A stretch of 64,000 bases of DNA from a virus (Duplodnaviria; Caudoviricetes), in IMG/VR virus record IMGVR_UViG_3300010167_000010, positions 128,001 to 192,000 of that record. One strand, 5' to 3'. The notes under the pieces are model-generated. The model was not told where the DNA came from, made no database searches, and saw only the letters and a list, made by a program, of their open reading frames with translations. The position numbers were made by a program, and so were the translations under genes. Positions 48,326 to 57,034 of this stretch are shown here, piece after piece (within the stretch, counting starts at the first letter, position 1; each line of letters opens with the position of its first letter).

Positions 48326-48976
48326 ATGACTTTTATTGGTAATTACAAAGGTTATAATTTTTTTATCACTGACAATCCTAAATTCAATCCCGAAGCCGTT
48401 TGGCTCGCTAACGAAACCAGAACTGATGGCGGCTTTGATACCTGCCTCGGCAGCATTGAAGACGCTTACAATTTTGTTAACGGAGAATAATATGAAACGG
48501 AAATATTCATTAGTTGGTGTAGATGGGAACGCATATTCTCTCATGGCCTATACTGCTAATGCAATGAAACGAGAAGGTTATTCACAAGACGATGTCAAAG
48601 CGATGTACGAACTTGCAAAATCTGGTGATTATAATAATCTAATATGTGTTTGTGATTCTTTTATTCAGCAATGTAATCAAGTGCCTGTCCGCGGGCAATA
48701 TGAATCTGAAGAAGATCATGGTAGAGCTGTTGCAGAATATTGGGAGGAATAATGAATTTACCTTGGGCTAGACCGAATAATTTTAAAGATTTTGAAATGA
48801 TTGAATCTGTTAAAAATGGTTCTCTTTCATTAACCAATTTTAAACATTATATAAAAAGTAGATTTGATAATCAACCCAGTTGGTTTGATTGTGATATAAT
48901 TGCTTATCACTGGGCATTTGGGGGACGGAATACTCTTTCAGCACAACATCATAAAAGAAAATATGGAGATAACTAA
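48326..48976 (+). CDS. Three small early ORFs (48326-48490, 48492-48752, about 48752-48976)
   Basis: SD-preceded ATGs; the second carries the common phage LVGVDGNAY motif. Confidence 0.6.
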
Positions 48977-49849
48977 ATGAAAGTACAGTCGTTATCTGTA
49001 TGTGTTCCTGGAAATAATTGTATAAATAATTGTCGTTGTTGTGTTTCCAGAATGCATAATAATGATAAACTTTATAAAAATCAACTTGAAGAGAATATTG
49101 CATTTTATGATTTATACTTAAATGATTTTATGAAGAGATTACAATTTTGTAGAGATAATGGTTGTAATACTTTAATGTTAACTGGGACAGTTGAACCGCA
49201 ACAGAATATGTCTTTCTTAAAAGATTTTGGAATAATGATGCGATTAATGAATAATCCTTTCCCAATAATCGAAATGCAAACTACTGGAGTTACAATTGAT
49301 AATCCTAAACTTCGCTTTTTAAGAAATCATGTTGGTGTGAGCACAATATCTTTAAGTTTATTTTCTTTTAATGATAAAGAAAACCAAAATTGTAGAGATA
49401 GTAAATTAGAATTAAATATAAAAGAATTTTGTGATGCTATAAAACTATATGATTTTAATTTACGATTAAGTTTGAATTTAACTAAATATTTTGAAAGATT
49501 TACTCCAGAACAATTAATTATAAGCTGTAAAATTTTAGGTGCTGATCAAATAACTTTTAGAAGACTCTATGATACAAATGATGGAAGTGAACAATCTGAA
49601 TGGACTAAACAAAATAGAGCAACCGAAAATTTTGAAAAAGAACTTTTAAAGTTTTTTGAAAAACAAACTGTCTTAAGAAGATTAGAACATGGACCAATAG
49701 TTCGTTCTATTGATGGAATAAGCACTGTTTTTGATTTAGATTGCATGGCTAAAGAAGATAAACATGATGATAAATGGAAATATTTGATTGTTAGACCTAA
49801 TGGAAAATTATACAGTTCTTGGGATGATCCTGCAAGTTTAATATTTTAG
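48977..49849 (+). CDS. Radical SAM protein
   Basis: CINNCRCC (CxxxCxxC), LTGTVEP, QTTG. Confidence 0.85.
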   Translation: MKVQSLSVCVPGNNCINNCRCCVSRMHNNDKLYKNQLEENIAFYDLYLNDFMKRLQFCRDNGCNTLMLTGTVEPQQNMSFLKDFGIMMRLMNNPFPIIEMQTTGVTIDNPKLRFLRNHVGVSTISLSLFSFNDKENQNCRDSKLELNIKEFCDAIKLYDFNLRLSLNLTKYFERFTPEQLIISCKILGADQITFRRLYDTNDGSEQSEWTKQNRATENFEKELLKFFEKQTVLRRLEHGPIVRSIDGISTVFDLDCMAKEDKHDDKWKYLIVRPNGKLYSSWDDPASLIF

Positions 49850-49864
49850 GTTAATTTATATTAT

Positions 49865-50058
49865 GGTTACGTAGTTTAAGGAAAATACTTATAATACCTT
49901 CGAGTGGGATAAGATTTAAGCCTGAAGTAGATAATACAAGAAGTAAGGTTCGCAAGTTAAATTTTTAGTATGATATGGTTTGGCGGCGCCGTTAATAAGC
50001 CACTCTGTAGAAATACGATCTTTTATAGGAGATGCTGGCTCGAGGCCAACCGTAATCA
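49865..50058 (+). ncRNA. tRNA-shaped RNA with a large insert replacing the anticodon loop
   Basis: Acceptor GGTTACG/CGTAATC+A, D arm, CTTATAA/TTATAGG stem, variable AGAT, T arm GCTGG-CTCGAGG-CCAAC; starts at the class M +1 position. Confidence 0.65.
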
Positions 50059-50060
50059 AA

Positions 50061-50330
50061 ATGAAAACAGTAGAAGAAATTTATTCTTATTTAGTTAACA
50101 TCAAAAATGAAGCATCAAAAATGAATGAAGATTCTTTCGATAAAACTAAAGCATTTAAATTTGTTTATAATCATATTCTAGATTTAATTGATGAACTAAA
50201 CTTTATTGATGAAGAAAATGAATTATTTGATGATGATAATTTTGATAGAAAACCAATAATAACTCAAAAGAAAAAAGAAGATAATGATTTATCTACTACT
50301 GGTAAAATAGATTTAGATGATCTTATTTAG
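50061..50330 (+). CDS. Small acidic hypothetical protein
   Basis: Start moved to ATG 50061; the upstream extension overlaps the RNA gene. Confidence 0.55.
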   Translation: MKTVEEIYSYLVNIKNEASKMNEDSFDKTKAFKFVYNHILDLIDELNFIDEENELFDDDNFDRKPIITQKKKEDNDLSTTGKIDLDDLI

Positions 50331-51352
50331 GACAAATAGCTCTATTTTGAAAACCAAATTTAAAAGCTTTTTCAGCTGATGATATATGTCCCTTTACATA
50401 TTTTTCTGCTGTTTCATACGGAAAATTTTTAATCCAATTTAAAGATTTTTTATAAGTATCTTTTTCTCTTTCAATTCCAATAAAATTACGATTACTAATA
50501 ATAGAAGAAATACCACTTGCACCACTACCCATAAATGGATCTAATACAGTTTCCCCTTCATTCGAAGATATCATCATTAACATTGATAATAATAAAATTG
50601 GCTTTTGGCATGAGTGAATAGCAGAATCGAATTTATTATTATATGATGGGTTTACAAAAAATGTTACATCAGAAGGATAACCATCAAATTTGAGTGGAAG
50701 TCCAGATGCAATGTCACATACCGTTCCCTTCTTTTGGGCTGTTTCTTCAAATTGGCATTCACTAGAAAATGCCATGATATTACCTAATGAAGTAAATCGT
50801 AATGGTGTTTTCCCATCTTCTCCATAGTCCCACCCTCGTTTTATTCCGCCTTTCATTTTATATGGTGCAATAACTTTTCGAAGATATTCTACAGAATTCC
50901 AAATATAATTTTTAGAATCTTTAGTAAGATGAAATATATCTTCTCGTAATGACTTTAATTTTTTAGTAGTTCCTCTTCCAGATTCTCTAGCATAAATAGC
51001 CCAATTTTCTAAATGATTAGTAAAACCTGTCATTTTAATTGCAGAAAACATTTCGTGTATTCTTGTTGGTCCAAAAAATACCCAACAAGTTCCGGTTGGT
51101 GTTAAAACTCTATAGATTTCATGTAACCATTTCGCAGTAAAGTGAATAAAATCTTCCGATGTTTTAAAAGTGTCCCAATCTGTTTCATTCTTATTGTGAT
51201 ACTTATTATTGAATTTAATTCCGTATGGAACTCACCTAAGGAGGGTCGGCTATAACACAGCCGACCGAATTATCTGGAAACTGTTTAAGAAAATGAAAAC
51301 AATCTCCATTATATAATTTTATATTAGAAGTATATAGATTTAATTCATTCAT
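50323..51352 (-). CDS. Beta-class N6A/N4C DNA methyltransferase interrupted by a 13-nt coding gap inside DPPY
   Basis: ORF1 51352-51239 (MNELNLY...GDCFHFLKQFPDNSVGCVIADPP), then TAG; the +1 frame resumes YGIKF...EIYRVLTPTG...HSCQKP...VLDPFMGSG. Confidence 0.8.
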
Positions 51353-51448
51353 AGTAATGAGTTTAAATCGTTATTTTTTAAAATCTTCTGACTATATTTA
51401 TAATTGAGGAATACTATTTTCTAGCCTCTTCCCAACAATGGAGAAAAA

Positions 51449-53269
51449 ATGAAAAAAAGAATAAGTCTATTAGTAAAAATTAATGGCATAACGTCTATAT
51501 TATTGTTAACTTCAATAATTATATTGTCAATCATAAATATACAATCATTAATTGATGCAAGCAAAGAAACATCAATAATGATGGGAGAGGATAAACTAGT
51601 AAGTTGTATGTATTCATTTGAATATAGATTAAATCAAGAATATGGAAAAATATTTTTATTGGATAATGATTTAATTTCTGAAAATGGAAATTCTATTTCA
51701 AATGATTTTGCTGTTATAGATGATATATCTAAAAATTTAGGTATTCGTGCAACTATTTATATTCGAGAAAATAATGATTTTAGAAGAATAAATACTAGTA
51801 AAATTGATTTACAAGGAAATAGACCAATAAATACAAGATTAGGAGAAAGAGAAATAATTAATTCTATTTTATCTGGAAATTCTTATATTGGTTATACTAC
51901 TATTTTTGGTAATAATTATTTAGCATTTTATAAACCTTTATTTGAATACGGAACTCAAAACGTAATTGGAATAGCTTTTGCTGGTTCTGAACTAGCTGAT
52001 ATAGAAAATTTCATTGATTCTATTATAAAAAATAAAATAATTTTATTAATTTTTAAAACTTTAGCTATTTTATTTGTATCAGTAATAGCAAATATATTAT
52101 TTTGTAGATTTATTTTACTCAAACCAATAAAAGAAACAAACAAAATTTTAAAACACATTGGTGAAGGTGATCTTACTAAAAAAATGGAAGTTAAAAATAA
52201 TGATGAAATTGGTGAAATGCAAGAATATATTAATACAACAATTCAAAATATAAAACATTTAGTAAATACTATAAAACAAGAAGTAAATAAATCTGAAGAA
52301 ATTGGTCATGATTTATCTGCAAATTTAACTCAGACTGCAGCAGCTGTAAATGAAATATCTGCTAATATGCAAAGTATTAAAGAAAGAATTATTAGTCAAG
52401 CTGCTTCTGTAACAGAAACAAAAGCAACTATGGAACAAATTGTTACTAATATTGATAAATTAGACGATAGTATTGAACACCAAGCAAACTCAGTTTCACA
52501 GTCATCTTCTGCTATAGAACAGATGCTTGCCAATATTCAATCAGTAACACAAACACTTGTGAAAAATGGTGATAACGTTAAAGCACTCTTAACTGCTTCA
52601 GATATTGGTCATAAAGGATTACAAAATGTTTCTGAAACAGTAAATGAAGTTACAAAAGAATCAGAACAATTATTAGAAATAAATAAAATTATTCAAGATA
52701 TTGCATCTCAAACTAATCTTTTATCTATGAATGCAGCTATCGAAGCTGCACATGCTGGAGATGCAGGAAAAGGATTCGCGGTTGTAGCAGAAGAAATTAG
52801 AAAATTAGCAGATAGCTCGTCGCAACAATCTAATGTAATTAAACAAGTACTAAAAAAAATTATGGGTGACATAGAATCAGCTACTAAACTTGTTGCAGAT
52901 GTTTTAACAAAATTTGATTTAGTAGATGAGAATGTAAAAACGGTTGCCGAACAAGAAGATAGTATCCGTTGTTCTATGGAAGAACAATCAGTTGGTAGTA
53001 AACAAATTCTTGAATCTATAAGTAAAGTTAATGAAGTATCTCAACAAGTTAAACATGGTTCTAAAGAGATGTTAGAAGGTTCATCTGAAGTAATACGAGA
53101 AAGTAAAGATTTAGAAAGAGTTACTCAAGAAATATCTAGTAATATAAATGAGATGGCAGCAGGCGTCGACCAAATAAATATTGCTGTTCATCAAATAAGT
53201 GAGTTAGGTACTAAAAATAAAGAACAAACTAGAATATTATTAGAAGAAATTAGTAAATTTACTGTTTAG
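51449..53269 (+). CDS. Methyl-accepting chemotaxis protein (TM-Cache-TM-HAMP-MCP signal)
   Basis: IASQTNLLSMNAAIEAAHAGDAGKGFAVVAEEIRKLA; HAMP GDLT...DEIG. Confidence 0.95.
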   Translation: MKKRISLLVKINGITSILLLTSIIILSIINIQSLIDASKETSIMMGEDKLVSCMYSFEYRLNQEYGKIFLLDNDLISENGNSISNDFAVIDDISKNLGIRATIYIRENNDFRRINTSKIDLQGNRPINTRLGEREIINSILSGNSYIGYTTIFGNNYLAFYKPLFEYGTQNVIGIAFAGSELADIENFIDSIIKNKIILLIFKTLAILFVSVIANILFCRFILLKPIKETNKILKHIGEGDLTKKMEVKNNDEIGEMQEYINTTIQNIKHLVNTIKQEVNKSEEIGHDLSANLTQTAAAVNEISANMQSIKERIISQAASVTETKATMEQIVTNIDKLDDSIEHQANSVSQSSSAIEQMLANIQSVTQTLVKNGDNVKALLTASDIGHKGLQNVSETVNEVTKESEQLLEINKIIQDIASQTNLLSMNAAIEAAHAGDAGKGFAVVAEEIRKLADSSSQQSNVIKQVLKKIMGDIESATKLVADVLTKFDLVDENVKTVAEQEDSIRCSMEEQSVGSKQILESISKVNEVSQQVKHGSKEMLEGSSEVIRESKDLERVTQEISSNINEMAAGVDQINIAVHQISELGTKNKEQTRILLEEISKFTV

Positions 53270-54231
53270 CTTTTCCCAAAAAATTGTTTAAACGGTATTC
53301 CGTAGATTGATTTATGTATCATATCATTTATAGTTTTATTTTCTGGGTTACTATGAATATATGGTTCTAAATTTTTTTCTGATAGAGAAGACCTTATTAC
53401 CCTAATATTTGTATATAATTTTTCTAATATTGGTGTTTTAAGATCTACTATTGCTAAAGTTAAATATAAAATATCAAAAGCTGTTTTATCAGTTTTCTTA
53501 TTTAATTGTTGAAAGTTAGCTGTTTTAAATTGTTGTATTGCTTCATTTAAAGTTATTTCACTTTTAGATAATTCTTGTAAATAATTACGGCACAATATTT
53601 TTATATTTGTATTAAATTTTACTTTTTTCATAAAACAGGCGCCAACAATATTATCAGATTGATCTCCCAATAATGCTTTATACATTGTATTAGCTGCAAT
53701 GGTTGGACTAAATTGAAATAATTTTTCAAATTGTTCTTTGGTAAATATTTTATCAAAGCCCTCATTAATCATATGAACATTAAAATTTATATATCTAGCG
53801 AAGTCGAGATCATTAGAAATAAGAGCTATTTTTTTATCTTTAAATTGTTCTAATAATGGTTCTATATAATCATCAGCTTCATGTTCATCTGAATATATTA
53901 ATTTTATTTTATCCCCTCTATATAAATAATATTTTCGTAATAGTTCTATAGTTTCTAAATATAACGGTGAATAAGTTCTATTAGCTTTGTAATCTGTTAA
54001 TATTTTTTTTCTTTCATTAAGAGAAAAATAAAAATTTTTAGATTCACCTAAATCTGAATAACTAATTGGATCAAATAAAATATAAATTTCACCTTCTTCT
54101 TTTAAATGACCTTTAATATCTCCCTCTATATAATTTATAATTTTTTTAATAATTTCTAATGATGTTCTTAAACTCTTTTTTAATTTATAAAATAGATTAG
54201 CTGAATCAATTACTATTACATCATATGTCAA
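53266..54231 (-). CDS. 5'-3' exonuclease / FEN-like (T4 RNase H-like)
   Basis: VIDSANL, YKANR, EADD, SNDLDF, LLGDQSDNI; probable TTG start at 54231 after AAAGGAG. Confidence 0.9.
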   Translation of the reverse strand: MTYDVIVIDSANLFYKLKKSLRTSLEIIKKIINYIEGDIKGHLKEEGEIYILFDPISYSDLGESKNFYFSLNERKKILTDYKANRTYSPLYLETIELLRKYYLYRGDKIKLIYSDEHEADDYIEPLLEQFKDKKIALISNDLDFARYINFNVHMINEGFDKIFTKEQFEKLFQFSPTIAANTMYKALLGDQSDNIVGACFMKKVKFNTNIKILCRNYLQELSKSEITLNEAIQQFKTANFQQLNKKTDKTAFDILYLTLAIVDLKTPILEKLYTNIRVIRSSLSEKNLEPYIHSNPENKTINDMIHKSIYGIPFKQFFGKS

Positions 54232-54312
54232 AATTGTAGCTCCTTTAAAACGACAATAGTGCACATCTATTGTGCACTGCTATCTTTGAGTATATATTAA
54301 CTTAAACTTTTA

Positions 54313-54516
54313 TTATCCGCGGATTTTGTTTAAAATAGTTGCCTTATCACCTTGATCATTAACTCTTATATCTTGTCGTTCTTTGAGTTGATCAACTTCT
54401 TGTCTTGTCATTTGAGATTTTTGGCCACTATTAGTTACCTCAACTAATCGTTCTTGTGTATGTTGTGGCTCCGGGCTCTTATTTTCTTGTCCTTCAATTT
54501 CTATAAGTCTTTGCAT
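54313..54516 (-). CDS. Hypothetical protein
   Basis: SD AGGAG; internal repeat RL(I/V)E. Confidence 0.6.
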   Translation of the reverse strand: MQRLIEIEGQENKSPEPQHTQERLVEVTNSGQKSQMTRQEVDQLKERQDIRVNDQGDKATILNKIRG

Positions 54517-54534
54517 ATCGTTTTCTCCTAATAT

Positions 54535-55038
54535 TTAATTAGTAATATCTTTTTTAAATTTTTGACGTTCTTTTATTACGTTAGGATCTGCCTCACCATA
54601 AATAAGTCTTAAAAGCCTATTCATATCAGTTCTAGGATCTTCTTCAATTGGCTCATCAAACTCATTATAACCAAAATAAGCCTGGTCATTTTCTGCAATA
54701 GCATCAAACATACATCTTAAATCAGTACAGTCTTGATCATCAAAATCACCAATAAGAGCACCTTTTTTCCATTGACCATTTTCTTGATAACGATATATAA
54801 CTGCAGGAGCCGATGTAATTCCTAAGTTAGAAAATATTTTTGCTGCTATAGTTTCACCTGGTTTAAATGTATACCAACCTACTGTATCTAACATATTTCC
54901 AAATGCTTTTTCTGCATTTCTTTTTAATTGTTCACAACGAATACAATTAGGTGTTTTTATTACTATAAAGTATACTTTTTCTTCAATATTTCCACCTTCT
55001 GACCAAACTTCTAGTTGTGGTGTTGTAATTTCTTTCAT
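54535..55038 (-). CDS. Thioredoxin-like protein
   Basis: TPNCIRC and cis-Pro motif GITSAP. Confidence 0.65.
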   Translation of the reverse strand: MKEITTPQLEVWSEGGNIEEKVYFIVIKTPNCIRCEQLKRNAEKAFGNMLDTVGWYTFKPGETIAAKIFSNLGITSAPAVIYRYQENGQWKKGALIGDFDDQDCTDLRCMFDAIAENDQAYFGYNEFDEPIEEDPRTDMNRLLRLIYGEADPNVIKERQKFKKDITN

Positions 55039-55547
55039 TTTTCAATCCTTAATTTTAATGTTTCTAATTCGTTTTTTATATCTACAATCTCACCTTTAAG
55101 ATGAGTATTTACTCTTTCATCAGTAATTCCGTCATATTCAGATTTATCCCAATTAGTTCCAGTTTTCCAACCTCGAATATAACCACTTTTATAAGCTTTA
55201 TCAACAAACTCTTTAGCTTGATCTTTAAAAATTAAATTATTAGTTTGCATTTGTAAAATTTCTTCTCTTCCTCGTTTAATACCTTCTTCTAAACCACGTT
55301 CATATAAAATTTCTTCTGCTTCGTCTTTACCATTTTGGTAACCTTCTTCGACACCAGATTCTTTTGCTTCGTCTATTTCATATTCATGATCTTTTATAAA
55401 TTCGTCATTGACGTCTTCTTTAAAAGACGTCAAAATTCCAATAATAATATCGTGTACTTCATCTACATTTGGGATTTGATATTTTTTACAAAACAAATCA
55501 ATCTCGTACATCCCTGAAGTAGGGATGTCGTGCCAAGTTATTCTCAT
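55035..55547 (-). CDS. Hypothetical protein
   Basis: GxxxG repeats (GVEEGYQNG, GLEEGIKRG). Confidence 0.6.
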   Translation of the reverse strand: MRITWHDIPTSGMYEIDLFCKKYQIPNVDEVHDIIIGILTSFKEDVNDEFIKDHEYEIDEAKESGVEEGYQNGKDEAEEILYERGLEEGIKRGREEILQMQTNNLIFKDQAKEFVDKAYKSGYIRGWKTGTNWDKSEYDGITDERVNTHLKGEIVDIKNELETLKLRIEK

Positions 55548-55738
55548 TTTTTAAAGTATTTTTTATATAAAACCATCGAACTAACAAATGCAGAAAATGC
55601 ACCGCTTACACAAGCTGTTATAATATTTCCCTGCACAATATCTGCTGGATTACCAAATAATAAACCAACAACCAAAAACGTGAAGATGCCGCTCATGAGC
55701 AAACTCATGAATGTGTTCATAAATATATCTTTTTTCAT
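55544..55738 (-). CDS. Small two-TM membrane protein
   Basis: Start moved to ATG 55738, 6 nt after the class M motif. Confidence 0.55.
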   Translation of the reverse strand: MKKDIFMNTFMSLLMSGIFTFLVVGLLFGNPADIVQGNIITACVSGAFSAFVSSMVLYKKYFKK

Positions 55739-55754
55739 ATAATTTATATTAACC

Positions 55755-56963
55755 TTAATTTCCACCACCACGCATAATTGCAAGTTGACCTGTAATTCCG
55801 ATAGATTTAATGATTCCTTGAACTTGTTCTTCTAATTTGTCAGCTCTATTTTGTAATACAGTTGGATCTAATTGACCAGCAATATCTTGTTTAACTAAAC
55901 TTCTAATCATTGCAAAATTGTTTAATACTTCAACTCTAGCCATTGGTCTAGCAATAGTTTCTAAATCTTCAAATTTTATATCGTCCCAATTTCTAGATGC
56001 TTTTAACCATTTAAAATTAAGATTACCGCCAATAGTGCTAAAACCATAAGCGTATAATTTACCGTCTATTTTCTTACGACTACATTTTTCTCTTCTGAAA
56101 AAATTCAAAAATCCTTGATTAGCTGCTAAAGCATCTACTACTGTATTTCTCCATTCTAAACCAACAAACCCTGGAACTTGTTTTCCTCTATATCGTACGC
56201 CTCTACCAAATCTTCCACCACCAATACCACCAGCATGCATTCCGCCCATCATCATTTGTTCATTATAAAATGCAAAAGGGCTTCCTGAGTTTCCACCAAA
56301 ACCTGCTCCACTTCCCGGAACTGTATAATATGGTACACAAGCATAAGCATCTATTGGATAAGGAACCATAAATTCAGCTCCCCTAGAAACTTGTATTCCA
56401 GATTGTTCTTCAATTATTGGTCTAAAAGTAAAATAACGTTGCATAGCTGGTTTAATACAATATTTAATTATTTCATTTTTTGCTAATTCATTATCAGCAA
56501 ATGTTACAAATGGGAAACCAATTGCAGTTAAAATAGTTTCTAATTCATCATCATCAATATTTATACAACCATTATCAATGGTAATTTGGTGATTATTAAA
56601 TGGAATAAAGTTTTTATCAGGCATAAAATTAGCACGCCATTTCGCAGGTAATACTACAAAAAATGGAACCATTATTCCTTCGATAGCTGTATATTGTCCA
56701 GTTATATCATCAATTTGCATAATTGACCAATCAATTGGAAAACGACTAACATTATCAACAACATAATTATGAGCTACATAAATAAAATTATTATGCAATG
56801 GAGATTTAGATAACCAATCACCATCTGAAGCATCAACTCTAACAACGCTATCTTTAGCATAAAATTTTGTGTCTTTATTTACTGTAACTTGGCCCATCGA
56901 CCACCATGTTTGAAAAAGTTCATTTTCATCACATTGCATCAAATATGTGTGTGCATCTTTCAT
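55755..56963 (-). CDS. Neck / head-tail adaptor protein, T4 gp13-like
   Basis: 'ILTAIGFPFV...EL...I...I..AMQRYF' resembles the gp13 N-terminal motif; late promoter; start moved to MKDAH at 56963. Confidence 0.55.
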   Translation of the reverse strand: MKDAHTYLMQCDENELFQTWWSMGQVTVNKDTKFYAKDSVVRVDASDGDWLSKSPLHNNFIYVAHNYVVDNVSRFPIDWSIMQIDDITGQYTAIEGIMVPFFVVLPAKWRANFMPDKNFIPFNNHQITIDNGCINIDDDELETILTAIGFPFVTFADNELAKNEIIKYCIKPAMQRYFTFRPIIEEQSGIQVSRGAEFMVPYPIDAYACVPYYTVPGSGAGFGGNSGSPFAFYNEQMMMGGMHAGGIGGGRFGRGVRYRGKQVPGFVGLEWRNTVVDALAANQGFLNFFRREKCSRKKIDGKLYAYGFSTIGGNLNFKWLKASRNWDDIKFEDLETIARPMARVEVLNNFAMIRSLVKQDIAGQLDPTVLQNRADKLEEQVQGIIKSIGITGQLAIMRGGGN

Positions 56964-56982
56964 CTTATTATTTAGTTCTATT

Positions 56983-57013
56983 TTGAACATATCTTACTTA
57001 AATCTTATATAAT
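56983..57013 (+). promoter_or_regulatory. Early sigma70-like promoter (class E)
   Basis: TTGAAC-17 nt-TATATAAT, then TTTGTAAGGGAGATTA as at 13297. Confidence 0.75.
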
Positions 57014-57034
57014 ATTTGTAAGGGAGATTACACA

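Noticed and set aside
49865-50058. Canonical tRNA or canonical tmRNA call
   Set aside because: No 7-nt anticodon loop, a non-standard T loop, no GGGG 5' end and no Ala-ending tag; kept as an unclassified RNA.
49980-50060. N-terminal extension of ORF 49980-50330
   Set aside because: It overlaps the tRNA-shaped RNA; ATG 50061 is the more plausible start.
51236-51238. Stop-codon reassignment (TAG to Gln) as the explanation for the MTase interruption
   Set aside because: TAG ends many intact genes here (e.g. 7672, 16939, 60491), long ORFs are uninterrupted in the standard code, and read-through stays in the wrong frame and meets TAA.
51226-51238. Spliceosomal-looking GTGAGT donor or a self-splicing intron in the MTase gap
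   Set aside because: The context is prokaryotic/phage and 13 nt is far too short for a group I or II intron; the match is treated as coincidental.
36185-53269. Bacterial chromosome or prophage boundary suggested by the MCP and kinase
   Set aside because: Each is a single gene flanked by phage genes with similar AT content; no integrase, att site or host operon is seen.
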